NCBI RefSeq assembly: GCF_036321535.1
Contig: NC_087447.1
Span: 40,860,001 to 40,924,000 of the forward strand
Length of the DNA: 64,000 bases
Origin: Camelus dromedarius
Taxonomy: Eukaryota
Direction: 5' to 3'
The notes beneath the pieces are model-generated. The model worked only from the letters and a program-made list of their open reading frames with translations. It made no database searches and was not told where the DNA came from. The position numbers and the translations under genes were made by a program. Shown here in pieces: positions 24,253-37,980 of this stretch. Position 1 is the first letter of the stretch. Every line of letters begins with the position of its first letter.

Positions 24253-26573
24253 ATATCATCTTATCCTCCTGAAAAAACAGACGTACAAGCTGTGGCTTGT
24301 CCCCACGACGGGCCCCACTGTCCTCTCCGTGGGGATCTTTAAGCAGCCTGGCACACCATGCACTGCAGGCCTACCAGCCCCTGGAGAGGACCTCGTACCT
24401 GCTGGTGTTTGTGTTCATGGCAGTCTTCCATGGAGCTGCCATGGCAGCTCCTCCTCCCTGCAGCCCTCCGTGCAGACCGCCTAACAGCTGGCTAGTTCCC
24501 ATAGTGACCCCACTCTTGCCCCTTTGGCCACAGTGTCTGTAGCCAGCATCTCCTGTTCTGATCTCCAGCTCCCACTCAAGGACTCCAGCTTGGATACACC
24601 TTCCTCGGCCCTCCCACCCAGTGGGCAGTCAGCTGGCCGTGGACAGCCCTGGCCCTGCCCTGAGGGGAGGTGGACGCTCACCTCCAACGAGCATCTCACA
24701 CCACCTACGATGACTCGACAGGCAGTGTGGGCCTGACTTGTCACCCAGACTAAACACTAGGGCTTTGAAGTCTGGCGGCAGGAGCAGCTTGTCTGAAGCC
24801 GAGCTTAGAAAACACTTGCAGACACCTGTGTTCACTGAAACCCACAGAAATTGCTTTGGAAGCAGTCAGAATTCATGGGCTTATTGGGGAGCTAATGTAT
24901 TCATAGAGGACAGAGCCCGCATAATCACCCTCATTTCCCCGTCTCTCCCTACACCAGTCATTTATTCACCATTTGCGTCCTCACCATCTCATTTCCGCAC
25001 GCTCCCAGATAAATGCTCACCCCCAAACATAATATTTTCCCCTAGTTGCTGCTGCCGGGAATTGGCTGAGCGGGCAGGCCCGCCTCTAGTCACTTATGCT
25101 CTCGGGGTAAAAATGTCCAGAAATGGAGAAAGGAATTAGATTTGTGAACTCTGCTTCCAACATGTGTGTGAGTCAATCACGGAGTGGTGGGAGATTTCTG
25201 GCTTTTCCTCGCCTAGATTACAAAGCTGTTTCAGCGCATGGGCTGGGGAAGGCTTTCAAATACTTGTTTAAAATCTTTGGGAGGTTTCATTCTCGGGGTG
25301 TAAAATACAGTATAAAATATTGCCTGGCTTTTTTTTTTCCCCCTCCATCTCTTCCCTCCCATTTGACAGAGGTGAAGTGTCATGGAGCTGAAGGAAAGGT
25401 GGCTTTTAAAGCAGGGATCTAGCAACCTGTTGGCTGGCAGGGCTGAGGACAGAAGGAGGGGCTAGTTAATTTGAATTTTAATCCCGGGTTTCTGCTTAAG
25501 GGATACAGAACCTCTGACCATCTTCAAAATATGTTCACATTTTGTGTGGTTTTCAGTGTTTTCCTTTCACGTTTATGAGTTAACATCTCAATGCTTCACT
25601 TTCGCCATCTAGAATCTCGCTTTAATTAGGGAGGACTGTGCGTAAAAATGGGAGACATTATGTCTTCCAGACCCTAGCATTCTAGGATTCTGTGAGTTCT
25701 GCTATTGTTTTCTGCAGTGACATTTGGAGAAAATTCACCACTTTATTACATTGTAAATTTTTATAAGTCTCCATCTAAGTGATGCGTAAGAAGCCAACAA
25801 GAAAAGAAAAACTTATAACTATTTTGCATTTTAAAAATATATATGTTGACTTATTTTGTCCATTTTCTTACATGGTTTCTTTTTTGATTCTTTGATCATT
25901 CGTTTCTAAGGCAGAAATAATAAATAGGCTAAAAGTGAAAAGAAAAAAAGACAGACATTGCTTTTCTCACCTCATTTACTCGCAGGCAACTTATTCAAAA
26001 TCCTTACCCATTTGGCACAAAGAAATAGAGTTATTCACACAATTATTCGGTACCTACTCTGGCACTTTACTTATAGCATCCATCTACAAAACACCCTAAA
26101 AGGTAGCTGCTACTATAATATCCTTTTTTTTTTTAAGGTGAAGCAATTGTGAAATTAAGAGCTTACATAATATGTTCTTGAGGTCATACAACTTAGATCT
26201 TTATGACTGAAAAACCTAGTTAGATATACCACAGTGATCTAGTGATAAAAGTTCTCTGAGCATTCCCTAAAGAGTATTACAATGTCCGTGCAGTAATTTT
26301 CTTCTACTTCATTCACAATCATGTTTACTGAGTCCCCATTTAAAGCCTTATTCTTATTTTGCACTCAGTCCTAATAAGCCTTTTCCCCCGATTTGTTAGT
26401 CCACAACTCAGTGGGAAAAAGAAGGGAGCTGCTGTGGGCAAGTAGAAAGAAAGGAGTGAGAAATAAGAGCTGACGTTGAATAGGAGAAAGGTTTACATAG
26501 ATGATGGCTGTAAGAATGCTAGAATATATAAGAGAGTATTCAAGAGCTGGCAAGAAATTAAATTGTTAGAAAC

Positions 26574-27022
26574 TGTTATGGGTTAAATTTGACTCCCCTT
26601 TAAAATATGTTGAAATTCTAACCCCTGGTACGTGGGAATATGATCTTATTTGGAAATAGGATCTTTGCAGATGTAGTCAGGTTGAGAGGAGGTCTAGGTT
26701 AGGGTGGACCCTAATCCAATATGAGTGATATCCTTGTAAGAGGAGGAAGATTTGGACACAGACAGACATAGAGGGAAGATGACCATGTGAAGATGGAGGT
26801 AGAGATTGGAGTTATGATGCCACAAGCTGTGGAATGCCTGGGGCTACCGGAAGCTAGAAGAAGCAAGGGAGGATCCTGCCCGAGAGGTTCTGGGGAGACC
26901 GTGGCCCTGCCAGCGCCTGATTTCAGATTTCTAGCCTTCAGAACCATGAGAGAATATATTTCTGTAGTTTTAATGATCCAGTTTGTGGCACTTTGTTATA
27001 ATAACCCAAGGAAGTTAATACA
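26574..27022 (+). mobile_element. MaLR solo LTR (MLT1)
   Basis: tgttatgggttaaattt...ttatttggaaataggatctttgcagatgta...gttaataca; 5-bp TSD GAAAC/GACAC. Confidence 0.88.
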
Positions 27023-27099
27023 GACACCAAAACCTAGGTGAGAGTGGGAACCTAGAGAAGGTCTGGGTCTGTTATATTTGAAGAACCTGGACACTTTAA

Positions 27100-30080
27100 G
27101 GTTATGGTTTGTCAATTTCATAGAGTATACAGAGGACAGGATACAAAGCCTAAGGCTTGACCAACATTAAAAGTCTATTAAAACAGCCACCACCCCTTAC
27201 CTCCCACAAAGCTGAGACTACAAAGGCCAGTTATCTTAGTGTAAAATTGAGCTAGAAATATTCCTACCCACATTCTCAGTGTTAGAGTGAAGATTGCCTG
27301 TCTCAATCTTACGCTAGGATGAGAGGAAAAATTCTCACCTGTGAGTCTCTCCATTGGATCTATAATTTAAAATCAAAATACTTCCTGGTGCAGAAAACCT
27401 CAAGAGTAGAATTAAAGTTATTGGAGTCTCTTAGGCATCTGCCAAAGTGTATACGAACCCTCTCCGGGGAAAGACCCCTTTAATCCAGGCCACGAAACTT
27501 CTCACAGCTGGAGTTCCAAGGAATATGAATTCATTTTTTTTTAATCACAAAACAGACAAAGGAGAAAGAACCACGAGCAAACACCAGCAAAGGCATTGGA
27601 CAGCCAAATTTAATCTACATAAGTCTTCAAGTATTGAATCGATCATACATAAGATATAAAATGTTGTATACTGTATTTAAATACGTAAAAGAAGAGATTG
27701 AAAATATGAATAAAAAGCAAGAGACTATAAAAAGACTAGTCATATTAGGATAAAAATAGAGTTTCAAACATGAAAAATATAAAAATGGAAAATTAATAGC
27801 TTAATAGATGGATTAACCAGCTAGATGGATGTTGTTGAAGGAAAAAAATTAGTAAACTGGAAAATAGAGCTGAAGAAATTATTCATAATCAGCCCAGGAA
27901 GAAAAAGAAAAAAATATGAAAGAAAGAGGTTGAGAGACATGTAGAAATGAGAGGGAAGGTCTAATATCTTAGAATTCTAAAAGGAGACAGTAGAAAGAGA
28001 GGATTAGGCAAAAGGAATATCTGAGTAGATAATGACAGATTCAGGAAGTCAACCTGTCCAAAACAGGATAAATACAATAATATTCACACTTAGAGGTGTC
28101 ATAGTGGAACTGCAGAACACCAAAGACAAAGAGAAGATCTTATAGCCGTCAGAGAGAAGAGAAGGACTACCAGCATTGAATGATAGTTAGAGTAACAGTT
28201 GACTTTCCAATGGCAATAGCGAAATCCAGAAGACCATGAAGTAATATTTTCAATATGCTCAGAGGAAATAATTGTCAGATTATGTATGTATACTCAATAA
28301 AAATATCCCTCAAAAACTAGGGTTAAAGAAAGCCATTTTCTGAAATACAAAAATTGAGTTTGCTACTAATGGATTCTCACTAAATAAAAAAAAAGAATAT
28401 ACTTTGGGTATAAGGAAAATGAGCCCAGAAGGGAATCTGAGATAAAGGAAAATAATTAACTCAAAAAGTAGTAAATGTATGAGTAAATCTAAAGAAATAT
28501 TGATGGTAAATAACACTATAGTAATTTTCTGTGGGGTCGTTCAAACTACAGTGCATGACAGTTGCAAATAAGTTGGAAGGGGGTGATTGTAATTAAGGTG
28601 TTCTAAATTGGTGGCCTCCATTGTTAATGAAGATGGATAAGATACTAGCTGACTCTAAGTTTTGATAAAATAAGCTAGTTAAAATTTCTAAGGGAATTAC
28701 ATCTTAATAAAGCTGGGGGAAAAAGAAAAACAAATAAGGAACATTTCCATCACTGCAACAATTACAGCCATGTCCCTTTGTAATCTATCCCTGCCCTAGA
28801 CAACTACAAATCTGATTTCTGTCTACATAATGTTTGGCTTCTATATAAACAGAATGATACAGCAAAACAGATTTTCTAGGGGAGCCCAGAAAATCATAGA
28901 TATAGAAAGTATAACTTCCAAAGTAGTAATGGGGAAAAATGAAATACGAAAATAGAAAGACAGAAATAGAAACAAAACAGGTGGTACAATAAGAAAGCAT
29001 ACAAAATGGTAGAAATAAAGCTAAATATATCAGTAAATACAGTAAATTTACGTGGACTAAATTAAAAGACAAACATTTTTAGATTGGCCTTTTGAAATTA
29101 TCTATAGACTATAAGAAATATCTGAAATATAATAATGCAAAAGGTTAAAACTTAATGGAAAAAGTCATAACGGGTAAATGCCAATCAAAAGAAAGTAGCA
29201 GTAGTAATATTAATATCAGAAAAACTACTATTACAAAATACTTTATCATAAGTAAGGGAGATTTCTACAAGATGACAATATGTACAATTCGTCAGGAACA
29301 TGTAACAATTATAAGTTTTTATACACCTAACTGTACAACCTTAATTTATATGAAGTAAAAATGGATAGAATTTCAAGGAAACATTAATAGCACCACTAAC
29401 ATAGTGGAGGAGTAAATAAATTTTCCCAGTAATTTATAGACCAACAAAATTAATAGTTTGAATTGAATGGGCATATAGACAACATTGTATCTAACAACTA
29501 CAAAATTCAACAAATTTCAAGGGATTAACGCCATATAAAACATGTTCTCTGACCACAATGGAATTAAATTAGAAATCCATAACCAAAAATTATAGACAAA
29601 AGCCATATTTTTGGAAATTGTGAAATATTTCTAAATATCTCATAGGTCAAAGAAGAAATCATATTAGAAATTTGAAAATATTTTGAGCTGAATGATAACA
29701 AATATACTATATATTACATTATATGAAATGCAACCAAAAGAGCACTTAAGAAAAATTACAAATCAAAACAATATGGTATAAGCATAGAATCGGACACATA
29801 AATCATTGGAATGAAATAGAGATTCCAGAAATAAACCCAAGCATATATGGTCAATTAATTTACAACAAATGAATCAAGAAAATACAACGGGGAAAAGATG
29901 ATCTCTTCAATAAATGATACTGGGAAAACTGAACAGCCACATGCAAAAGAATGAAACCGGATCATTATGTAACACCAGCTACAAAAATTAACTCAACATA
30001 GATTAAAGACCTGAAGGTAAGACCCAAAACCATAAAACTTCTGGAAGAAAACATAAGCAGTAAGCTCCTTGACATCTGTA
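27100..30080 (+). mobile_element. Decayed L1 (ORF1 and ORF2 remnants, internally deleted)
   Basis: A-rich strand. gaactgcagaacaccaaagacaaagagaagatctt (ORF1), tctctgaccacaatggaattaaattagaaatc (ORF2 after EN), ctcttcaataaatga...tgggaaaactg (late ORF2). No intact ORF. Confidence 0.85.
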
Positions 30081-30739
30081 TTCTCAAAGCTCTTTCCCTC
30101 CAATTATCCTGTTTAACGTATGCAGCAATCAAGTGCCATAGGCAAGCCAGATATTATTATCCTCATAGAGTTGTAAGGTTACAAATTCTTATGTTGGCCA
30201 GAAAAGTTAATTCGTTCTTGTGGTTTATTATCCCATTATTATAATCGTTATTTTCACAGTAAAGATAACAAGAAATCAATTTAAGTACTTTGTAAACTAT
30301 AAAGTGCTCTATAGTAAACATGATCATATCTATTATTACTATACATGTAGTTATATATGTTGCATAAATGTCCAACCATACATTTAATATGGTGCCTTAT
30401 TTTTTTAAGCATGCTTTAATGTGTAAGTAGTAATATAGTCCTACTGTCAGCAAGTCCCATTGCTTGGGTCTTGGTGACATTCACCAAAACGCAAAGTACT
30501 GGGTGAGAGCATACCATTGGCTAAACCTAGGTTATAGGCCCATGCCTTAGTTCCAGGGGACAGGGACAGGTTATGTGTGCCTCCTTTCAGGTTGCATGGG
30601 CCCAAGAATTACACGTGATGTGATCCCTCTTACAGGAAGGGAGTTTACAACCTCGGTTCAAATGTCCTCTAAAACAAGTAATATAATATCTGGGATATTG
30701 TACTCGCTATTTTGAACACTTTATCATAAATGAGATTTT

Positions 30740-33690
30740 TAAGAAAACCTCTTTATTATGGAAAATTTTAAACATATCCAAAAATAGAGGAAATAGCATA
30801 ATAAATCCCATGCATCTATCACCCAGTATCAACACTGTCTATTCATGGACAATTTAGTTTTCATCTCTAGTCCTACCCAGTCCTTCCCAACTCCAGTTAG
30901 TTTGAAGCAAATCTCAGACGTTGTATCATCAAAAATATTTCAATATGCATCCAAAATAGATAAGAACTTTAAAAAGACATGATCACAATACTTTGTCAGT
31001 CCTAAAAGGAGGGAGGAGGTCAGGGGTTAGGAATAGGTAATTAGGTTTATTTATTTATTTTTAGTAGAGGTACTGGGGACTGAACCCTGGACCTCATGTG
31101 TGCTAAGCACACACTCTACCACTGAGCTACACCATCCCCCTGTCCTAAAACTGTTAAAAGAATTCCCTAATACTATCCAATATTCAATCAGTGTTCAAAT
31201 TTGCCCCAATTCTCTCATAACATTTTTTCACTTTGTTTTGCAATTTGTTTGCTTGAATCAACATCCAATTGATTAATATGTCTTGCAAGTCTCTATTAAT
31301 TTGCTGGATTTCTCTCTCCATCTCTTTTTCCTCCTTGTAATTTATTTTTAAAGAGATCAGGTTATTTGTCCTGTGGAGACTCCCACAGTCTAGATTTTCC
31401 TGATTGCATTCCCCTGATGTCATCTAACATATCCTTCTGTTCCACATATTTCTTCTAAATTGCCAGTTAGATCTAGAGATGTAGGTTCAATTTTGTAGCA
31501 AGAATATTTCATAGGCTGTATGTGTGCACTTTCATCACAAGGTACTTAATGTCTTGCTGTCTTCCCATTTGTGATGCTAGCAGTCATTGCTGATTATTGC
31601 CTAGATCCAGTAATTCATTAGGGGTTGCAAAATGGTGATATTTTAATTTTATTTTTCCTTACTCATTTATTTGCTGGAATAACTTTTATAAAGAGACAGT
31701 TACAATCATCCATTCTTTGGTTGCCTGGAAGTACAACAAAGTTCATTAGAAAAAGTCAGAATAGATAATTCTATAACAGCTTACCCAAAAAAATGAGCTA
31801 GTTCTCTACCATCTCCCAAAGAGAACCAAGTAGATTTTGAGTACCAGTATGAACTTTTGGATTTAAATATATTTGATGTATTTCAATTCATTTTATTTAA
31901 TAGCCTCATTGATTTGCACGTTTTCCACCTTAGGCCATTGGGAGCCTATTGACATTTGTTCCTCAGGGAAAGAGTCCTTTTGCCTCTTTAACGGCTTGCC
32001 TGCCATCAGGAATGTTCCATCTATACATTTCCTGCTCCAGATCTGTAATCAGCCATTTTTCTAAGGAAGCCAGCTTTCTTTTAGTGAGAAATGGTATCTA
32101 AAACCACAGTCTGGGCACTAAGGGTGCTCATGGCTACTGAGTTGGTCCATGTTTCCAGGTCTCTTCAGTCGTTAGAGCTAGAAATTATTATTTTATAGAG
32201 AGAAAACTCTAGGTGTTCATGATGATCTTTCTGAATCCAGTTTAGTACCACAGGCTTTTTACTTAATCTCAACAGTCTTACATCTATATTTCCTTTCTCC
32301 CATGCACAAAATTCTGGTTCTTAATGACACCAAGATAATTACTTGTTTATTTTATTCCCCAGTATGCACACTGCTGTCTCAGAACACTACCACCAACAAT
32401 ATGATTACTAGAAACAGCAGGGTTTTTTGCATTTCTTTTTGTGTTTAGGTTATATTCTGCTAGAGATGCACAGTCAAATTACTGTGATTCAAAGTCAAGT
32501 AGGATCGTTCCTCTCTGTATAGTTATCCTGCCAACCTAATAAACAAGTTCATTTCTTTTATTTTGCTTTTGATTTTTAGGAATTTTTTTTTTACATCTGT
32601 AATTTTTATAATTTTGAAAATACTGACGTAATTCCAAAGTCCAGCCTGCAAAGGAAAGTGTATCCAGAGAAGTCCACGTGCTATTGCTCTTCGTTATCCT
32701 GTTTCTTCACTACCTCTAACATAAACATGTCATTTGTTTGTTGTTCTTTACACTTTAACAAAAGGAAATATGTATATATTTGCATCTCCTCTTTCTCAGA
32801 TAAATGGTAGTATACTATGTACACTTTTCACTACCTTGTTTTGTTCACTATATAAGTTTTTGTTCGGAAGATCACTTTATAATAGTATATAGAGGTATTC
32901 CTCGTTGCTTTTTTACAGTTGCATAGTACTCTAATGCATGCATGTTCCTTAGTTTATTCCACCAGTTTCTTTTTGAGGGCATAGTGCTATAATGAGTTGT
33001 CTTGTGCATACAATTTTTCACATCATTCTGGATTATTGTTTGAATAGATTCCCAAATGTGGAATTGTGAGCTCAAAGGGCAAATGCATGTGTAATTTTGC
33101 TAGACATCATCAAATATCCCTCCAGAAAGGTAATATTTATCCCACCAGGAATCACGAACATACCTGTTTCCTTACAGTCAACCAACAAAGTATGTTGTGG
33201 AATATTTGGGGTTTTGCCAATCTGACAGATAAGAAATAGCTTTCAGAGTAGTTCTAATTTGCATTTCTCTTATGAAGAGCTAGGCTGAACAGCTTTTCAC
33301 ATGATTAAGGCTATTAGCATTTCTTTTTTTCCATGAGCTTTTCATTTCTTTGGCCCACTTTCCTGTAGGATTGTTAATCTTTACTCTATTTTTAGAATCT
33401 CTTTACACATTAGAGGTGGTAATACTTTGCCTATCATATACATTGCAAATATTTTCTCCCAGTTTGTTACTTGTCTTTTGATTTTGTTTCTGATGTGTTT
33501 TTTGCCATACAAAAGCTTTTTTTTTTTAATGTAAGCAAATGTATCAGTCTTTTTCCTTCTTGCTTCCAGAGATCAGTCAGAGTAAAATTTACCCACTATA
33601 AGTTTAGAGAGAAATTCACCTATGTTTTCTTCTAATACTGGTATGATTGTATTTTTTGCATTTTAATCTCTGACTCATTCAGAGTTAATC
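30740..33690 (-). mobile_element. Old L1 (L1M-type) 3' region and ORF2 end, antisense
   Basis: T-rich strand. ttctaatttgcatttctctt..., ttgcaaatattttctcccagtttg, cctatgttttcttcta. Confidence 0.8.
31008..31141 (-). mobile_element. tRNA-derived SINE (Vic-1-like) nested in old L1
   Basis: gaggtactggggactgaaccctggacctcatgtgtgctaagcac...ctctaccactgagctac; TSD GTCCTAAAA at 30999-31007 and 31142-31150. Confidence 0.88.
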
Positions 33691-36600
33691 CTCTGCCTTC
33701 AGGGTTTAAAATCATCCAGCTCATAATGTTTCATTTCAGGGACTAACCTGGGCCCACATTGCTTTGGGAAATGACCACAGTACCGTTTCAGTGCATGATG
33801 ATTCAGCTCAAATACCTCGTCGGAGATGGGGTCTGCATCAGACAGTACCTGAGGTTGCAGGAGACTTCAAAACTGGAGGGGGTGATGGAGACAAGAGCTG
33901 AGCTGAAAGCCAGAGTGCAGAGAGTCAGAAAGGAGGTAGACTGAGGAGCTGCCTAATGAGTCAGAAATCTGGGTTCAGGGAGCCAGAGACCCAGAGGAGG
34001 AAGAGAAAGCAAGGTAGGGTTTATAGCCATGGCCCAGAATAGGCAGCACCATTATTCGAGACTTTTACAAAATATATCTAAGGTTAAAGGACTAGAGACT
34101 TGGCTAAAATTACCAGTAAAAGAGGTCCAGGCAGGTCCTGTGTGCTTGTTAATCCTGCCGTGTACTGAAGTGCCCGAGGGACTGCGTGGTTCTCCCCAGA
34201 GGCCTTGCCCTCAGAGGTCTGAGAAGTCTCAGCTCACTGCTAGCACCGTGACTGTTCTCACCCAGCCGCGAGGACAATCATTAAAACTCTGGATCCTACT
34301 GTTTCAGGTAAACTGACTAGTCTCTGCCAGCCCAGTTGGAAGGGGTGTGGGCACCAGCCTTCCTGCTCAGCCAAAAAGGTCTCAGGAAACCATCAGACGC
34401 ACCAGATCTCATAGAAAGCCTGCAGGCAAATTCTTTGACCTCCCATCCCTGGAGACAGAGAAAATTGAACACCTTAAATTGGATTTTAGTCTTTGGTTGC
34501 TCCTAAATGTTATGGTTGGGCCAAGCCTGCTGGATCTAGAGTTCAGAATAATCGGAGAGCTTGGAATAACACATCCTTCTGTGTGTGTGAGTGAGTGAGT
34601 ATGTGCGTGTGTGTGGCTGAGAGCCCTGCCGCTGTTTTGTTTCATTTTGTCGTGAACTGGAATCTGCTGTGGCATTGTCCTTCAGCTGCTGTCATGGGGT
34701 GAATAAAGCTTACGGAAGGCTGACAGCCGTACAGTGGAATCACTGTTCATCGATGCAGTCTTCTGAGGCCAAGGATTTCAAGACACCAAACACAGGTTTC
34801 AAGCTTATGAGATTTTGTACTTCCTAAGGGAATTTTCCAGATTCAGAGCTTTAGCTAAGACACTGTCCATGAGTTGCCTTAGCGCTGTGCTAGATGCTAA
34901 TAGTGGTTTGAGTGCTCACTGTAGGTCAAGACGTAGCCTTTCCTGGTCCTTATAAATGAGTTATAAAGTCCAACAAAAATGGCTTTGCGATTTCAATCCC
35001 AGATGATGAGAGACTTGGGGGTGCCACTGACTGAAAAAGGGGTGTTTGGTGTGGAGAGTTGGTTTGTGGGGGAAATGGGGCACATTTGATATTAGGAACA
35101 ACAACAGAAATAACCAGAAAGCTTGCGTTGTTCATCCGTCTGTTTAGGCAGTGAAACATTTACTGTGCTGCTTGTGTTACACACTTGGCGTTGGGGGAGA
35201 AATGTACCACCTGGATCCTGACTTTGTCAGGAAGCCAGGACTACCTAACTAAAGGTAGAGAGAAGGCTTGAAGCTGAGATGGGGGATCTGGTGCCCCAAG
35301 TGCCCATTGAAGGTAAGAGGATGGAGGAGCCCGGTGAGGATGGAAGTTTGAACTGAAAGGAGATTTTAGAATTGAGCGTGGGCGTGGGAAATGGGATTAG
35401 TGGCAGGTGGTGCCCATAGGTACAGGGAAGAACCGACTGAAAATGTAAGAGCTGAGTTGGGGGAAAGTCACAGATGTCAGGGGGAGGCAGCATTTCAGGA
35501 GTGCACGGGTCACACTGAGATGACCGCTAATGATAACAGCCGCTGTTTATTGTTTATTTACTTTGTGCGTAGTGCTTTCTTTATGCAACACTAGACACTG
35601 TGCTAAGCACTGGGCACATGGGGATGAACAGAATAGTTTAGGTTGTGCCCTCATAGAGCTGACATCCTGGTGAGTTTTGTGCTGTACATCATTTACTCCT
35701 GAGAACCATGAGAGGCTAGACTTATGGTCCTCATTGGACAGATGAGAGCACTGAGGCTTAGAGAGTTTGAATCACGTGCAGGTCCTACAGAGAAAGAGTT
35801 TGGTGGAGCTTAGATTTGAACATGGTTCTGTCTGACGCCAAAGCCTCTCAACCCCCACCCAGCACTGAGAATGTGAGTGGAGAAAGGGTGTCCAAATGCT
35901 AGTGGAAGACACATTGGAGGGGAAGGTCGGGGTCACAGGGAAGTGACGGAAGACAGATTGCAAAGGGCTAAAGAGGGATTGAGGAGGCAGGGAGATGAGA
36001 GATTTTCTTTCACCATGAATGGAGAGAGAGGGATTCCTCGAAAACTGGCGACCTAGTGCCTGCTTGCAGGCAGAGGCCAAGTGCAAAGGTGCTGGGAAAG
36101 TGCAGACTTGACCTTGGAAGAGTAGTTGACATTTTCCTTCTAGGCGGTCAGCTATAGCCAGCCCTGCTCTGTTGGAACGTGTGCCACTGGGTGCGGCCTC
36201 CTGGGACCATGGAGCCTGAAATTTCCAGGGCCCTTGAGGTCTAAGCAGCCTGGAGTCTGTGAAGCCCAAACCTCCGGGTCTGGAGGGGCTTCCCTGGTCG
36301 CATTGCCATATGGGAGGGATGTATGGCACCCCAAGCAGTCCAGTGCCAATTATTCTGCTATGCTGGGCGGCCAGAAGGCCCCTGAAACACTGAGAGGAAG
36401 GCCTGTTTGGCACAGCACATTATCTTTGGCTCACCAGCCATGGAGTAACTCCACAATTACAAACCAGTCGCTGAACAGACGCAGCTTAACGGTACATTAT
36501 AAAAGTTTTACGGTTGGTAAAGATAAGTGCAAAATTAATCCCTAAAGAACAAAGCAATTAAAAAAGTACATAATGAAGCAATTAGCTAGAAATGGTGGGG

Positions 36601-37151
36601 GGCAGAAGAAGGAGAGGGCCCACAGACAATTTTACTTTGGAAGAGTTGTCACACTTATGTTTTTTTAATTGTGTTCAATGAGGGAGCTATAGAAAAGTAA
36701 GATTAATAAGATGTGCAGAAGAGGTAACACTTGATGAAGAGTTTTGAGAGCCAAGCTGGAGGAAATTTTTAACCTTCTTAAAAAGTTGGGACCAAGGGGG
36801 AAAATAGCTATAAAGGCTGTTATTGGGACCATTAACAAAATTTGATTAGAGGCTGTGGATTAGATAATAGTAATATATCAATGTTTAATTTGCTGATTTG
36901 GGGGGGAAAAAGCAAAAGCAAAAAACCTGGGAGCCAGCAATAGATGTTAAATCTTCAGAGTCAGTCTCTCCTTTTCTTTTTCTTTTTCTTTTCTGTATTT
37001 TGCTTTACTTGATTTGGCCTGCTGCTTTGTACTGTGCCCTTGGAAGGTAGTTTCTTTGCCACCATTACATCATGGTTCTAATTTTCCAGGAAGGGACTCA
37101 GGCAAGGCCAGAATCAGGTCGCCAGAATGACTGACAGACACTGAGCAGGGG

Positions 37152-37392
37152 CTCCTCCCCCTCCTCCCCCTCCCCCTCCTTTCCCTCCTCCTCCTCTCCC
37201 TCCTCCTCTCCCATCTCCCCCTCATCCTCTCCCTTCTCCCCATCCCTCCTCCTCTCCTTTCTCTTCCTCTCCCTCCCCCTCCTCCTTCCCCTCCCCAACC
37301 CCCTCCCCCTCTTCCCCCTCATCCCCCTCCCCTCCTCCTCTTCCTCCCCCTTTCCCTCCTCTCCCTTCTCCCCCTCCCCCTCCTTCTCTTCC
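37152..37392. repeat. Polypyrimidine/polypurine (CT-rich) low-complexity tract
   Basis: No G on the + strand from 37152 to 37398 and only a handful of A. Confidence 0.95.
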
Positions 37393-37823
37393 ACATCAGC
37401 ATCAGTATCAGCATCACCACTCCAGAAACCATTGTGGTTTTCTTTTTTAAAAAACCTGATATTCACAAATCTGACATTGCAGAAGGGGACTTCAGAGACA
37501 TCTACCCCCACTGCAAACACTCTTCATTTTGTAAAGCGATGCAAGGGGCAGGATCCCAATGAGTGAAATTTCCCCATGCTTACAGGTAACGGTTTACCCT
37601 ACATACAAGTTTCTCCATCAAACAGGCTTACCTGCACATAAAGTTAATCTGAAAGATAGAGTTACCCCTGGTGTAAACTACCCCAGGACACATTTCCTTA
37701 TCACTCCCTTCGGTCCTGTCTCTCTCGGAGTCTGTGCTGTCTGTCTAGTTTTGGAAAGTCTAAGGGATGGGGCCTCTTTCCTTGCTTGGTGCAGGCCACA
37801 CTTGATGCAGTGTGCCTGGCTTT

Positions 37824-37980
37824 TTTCATTAAATTTTTTTTAATTTTCTTTTTTAAATTTTTTTGGGGGGGAGGTAATTAAGTTTACTTATTTATTTATT
37901 TTTTGAGGAGATACTGGGTATTGAACCAAGGACCTTCTGTATGTTCAGCATGCATTCTACCACTTGAGCTCTACCTTCCC
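37824..37980 (-). mobile_element. tRNA-derived SINE (Vic-1-like) with long T tail
   Basis: ggggggaggtaattaag...gatactgggtattgaaccaagg...cagcatgcattctaccacttgagct; TSD CCTGGCTTT at 37815-37823 and 37981-37989. Confidence 0.88.

Noticed and set aside
35772..36413. 213-aa - strand ORF (also 1260-1841, 17479-18015, 46158-46721)
   Set aside because: No domain signatures or coherent exon structure. Such ORFs are expected in GC-rich intronic DNA, and many use non-ATG starts.
37098..37520. 140-aa Glu/Gly/Arg-rich ORF on the - strand
   Set aside because: It is the translation of the purine-only low-complexity tract, which cannot contain stops.
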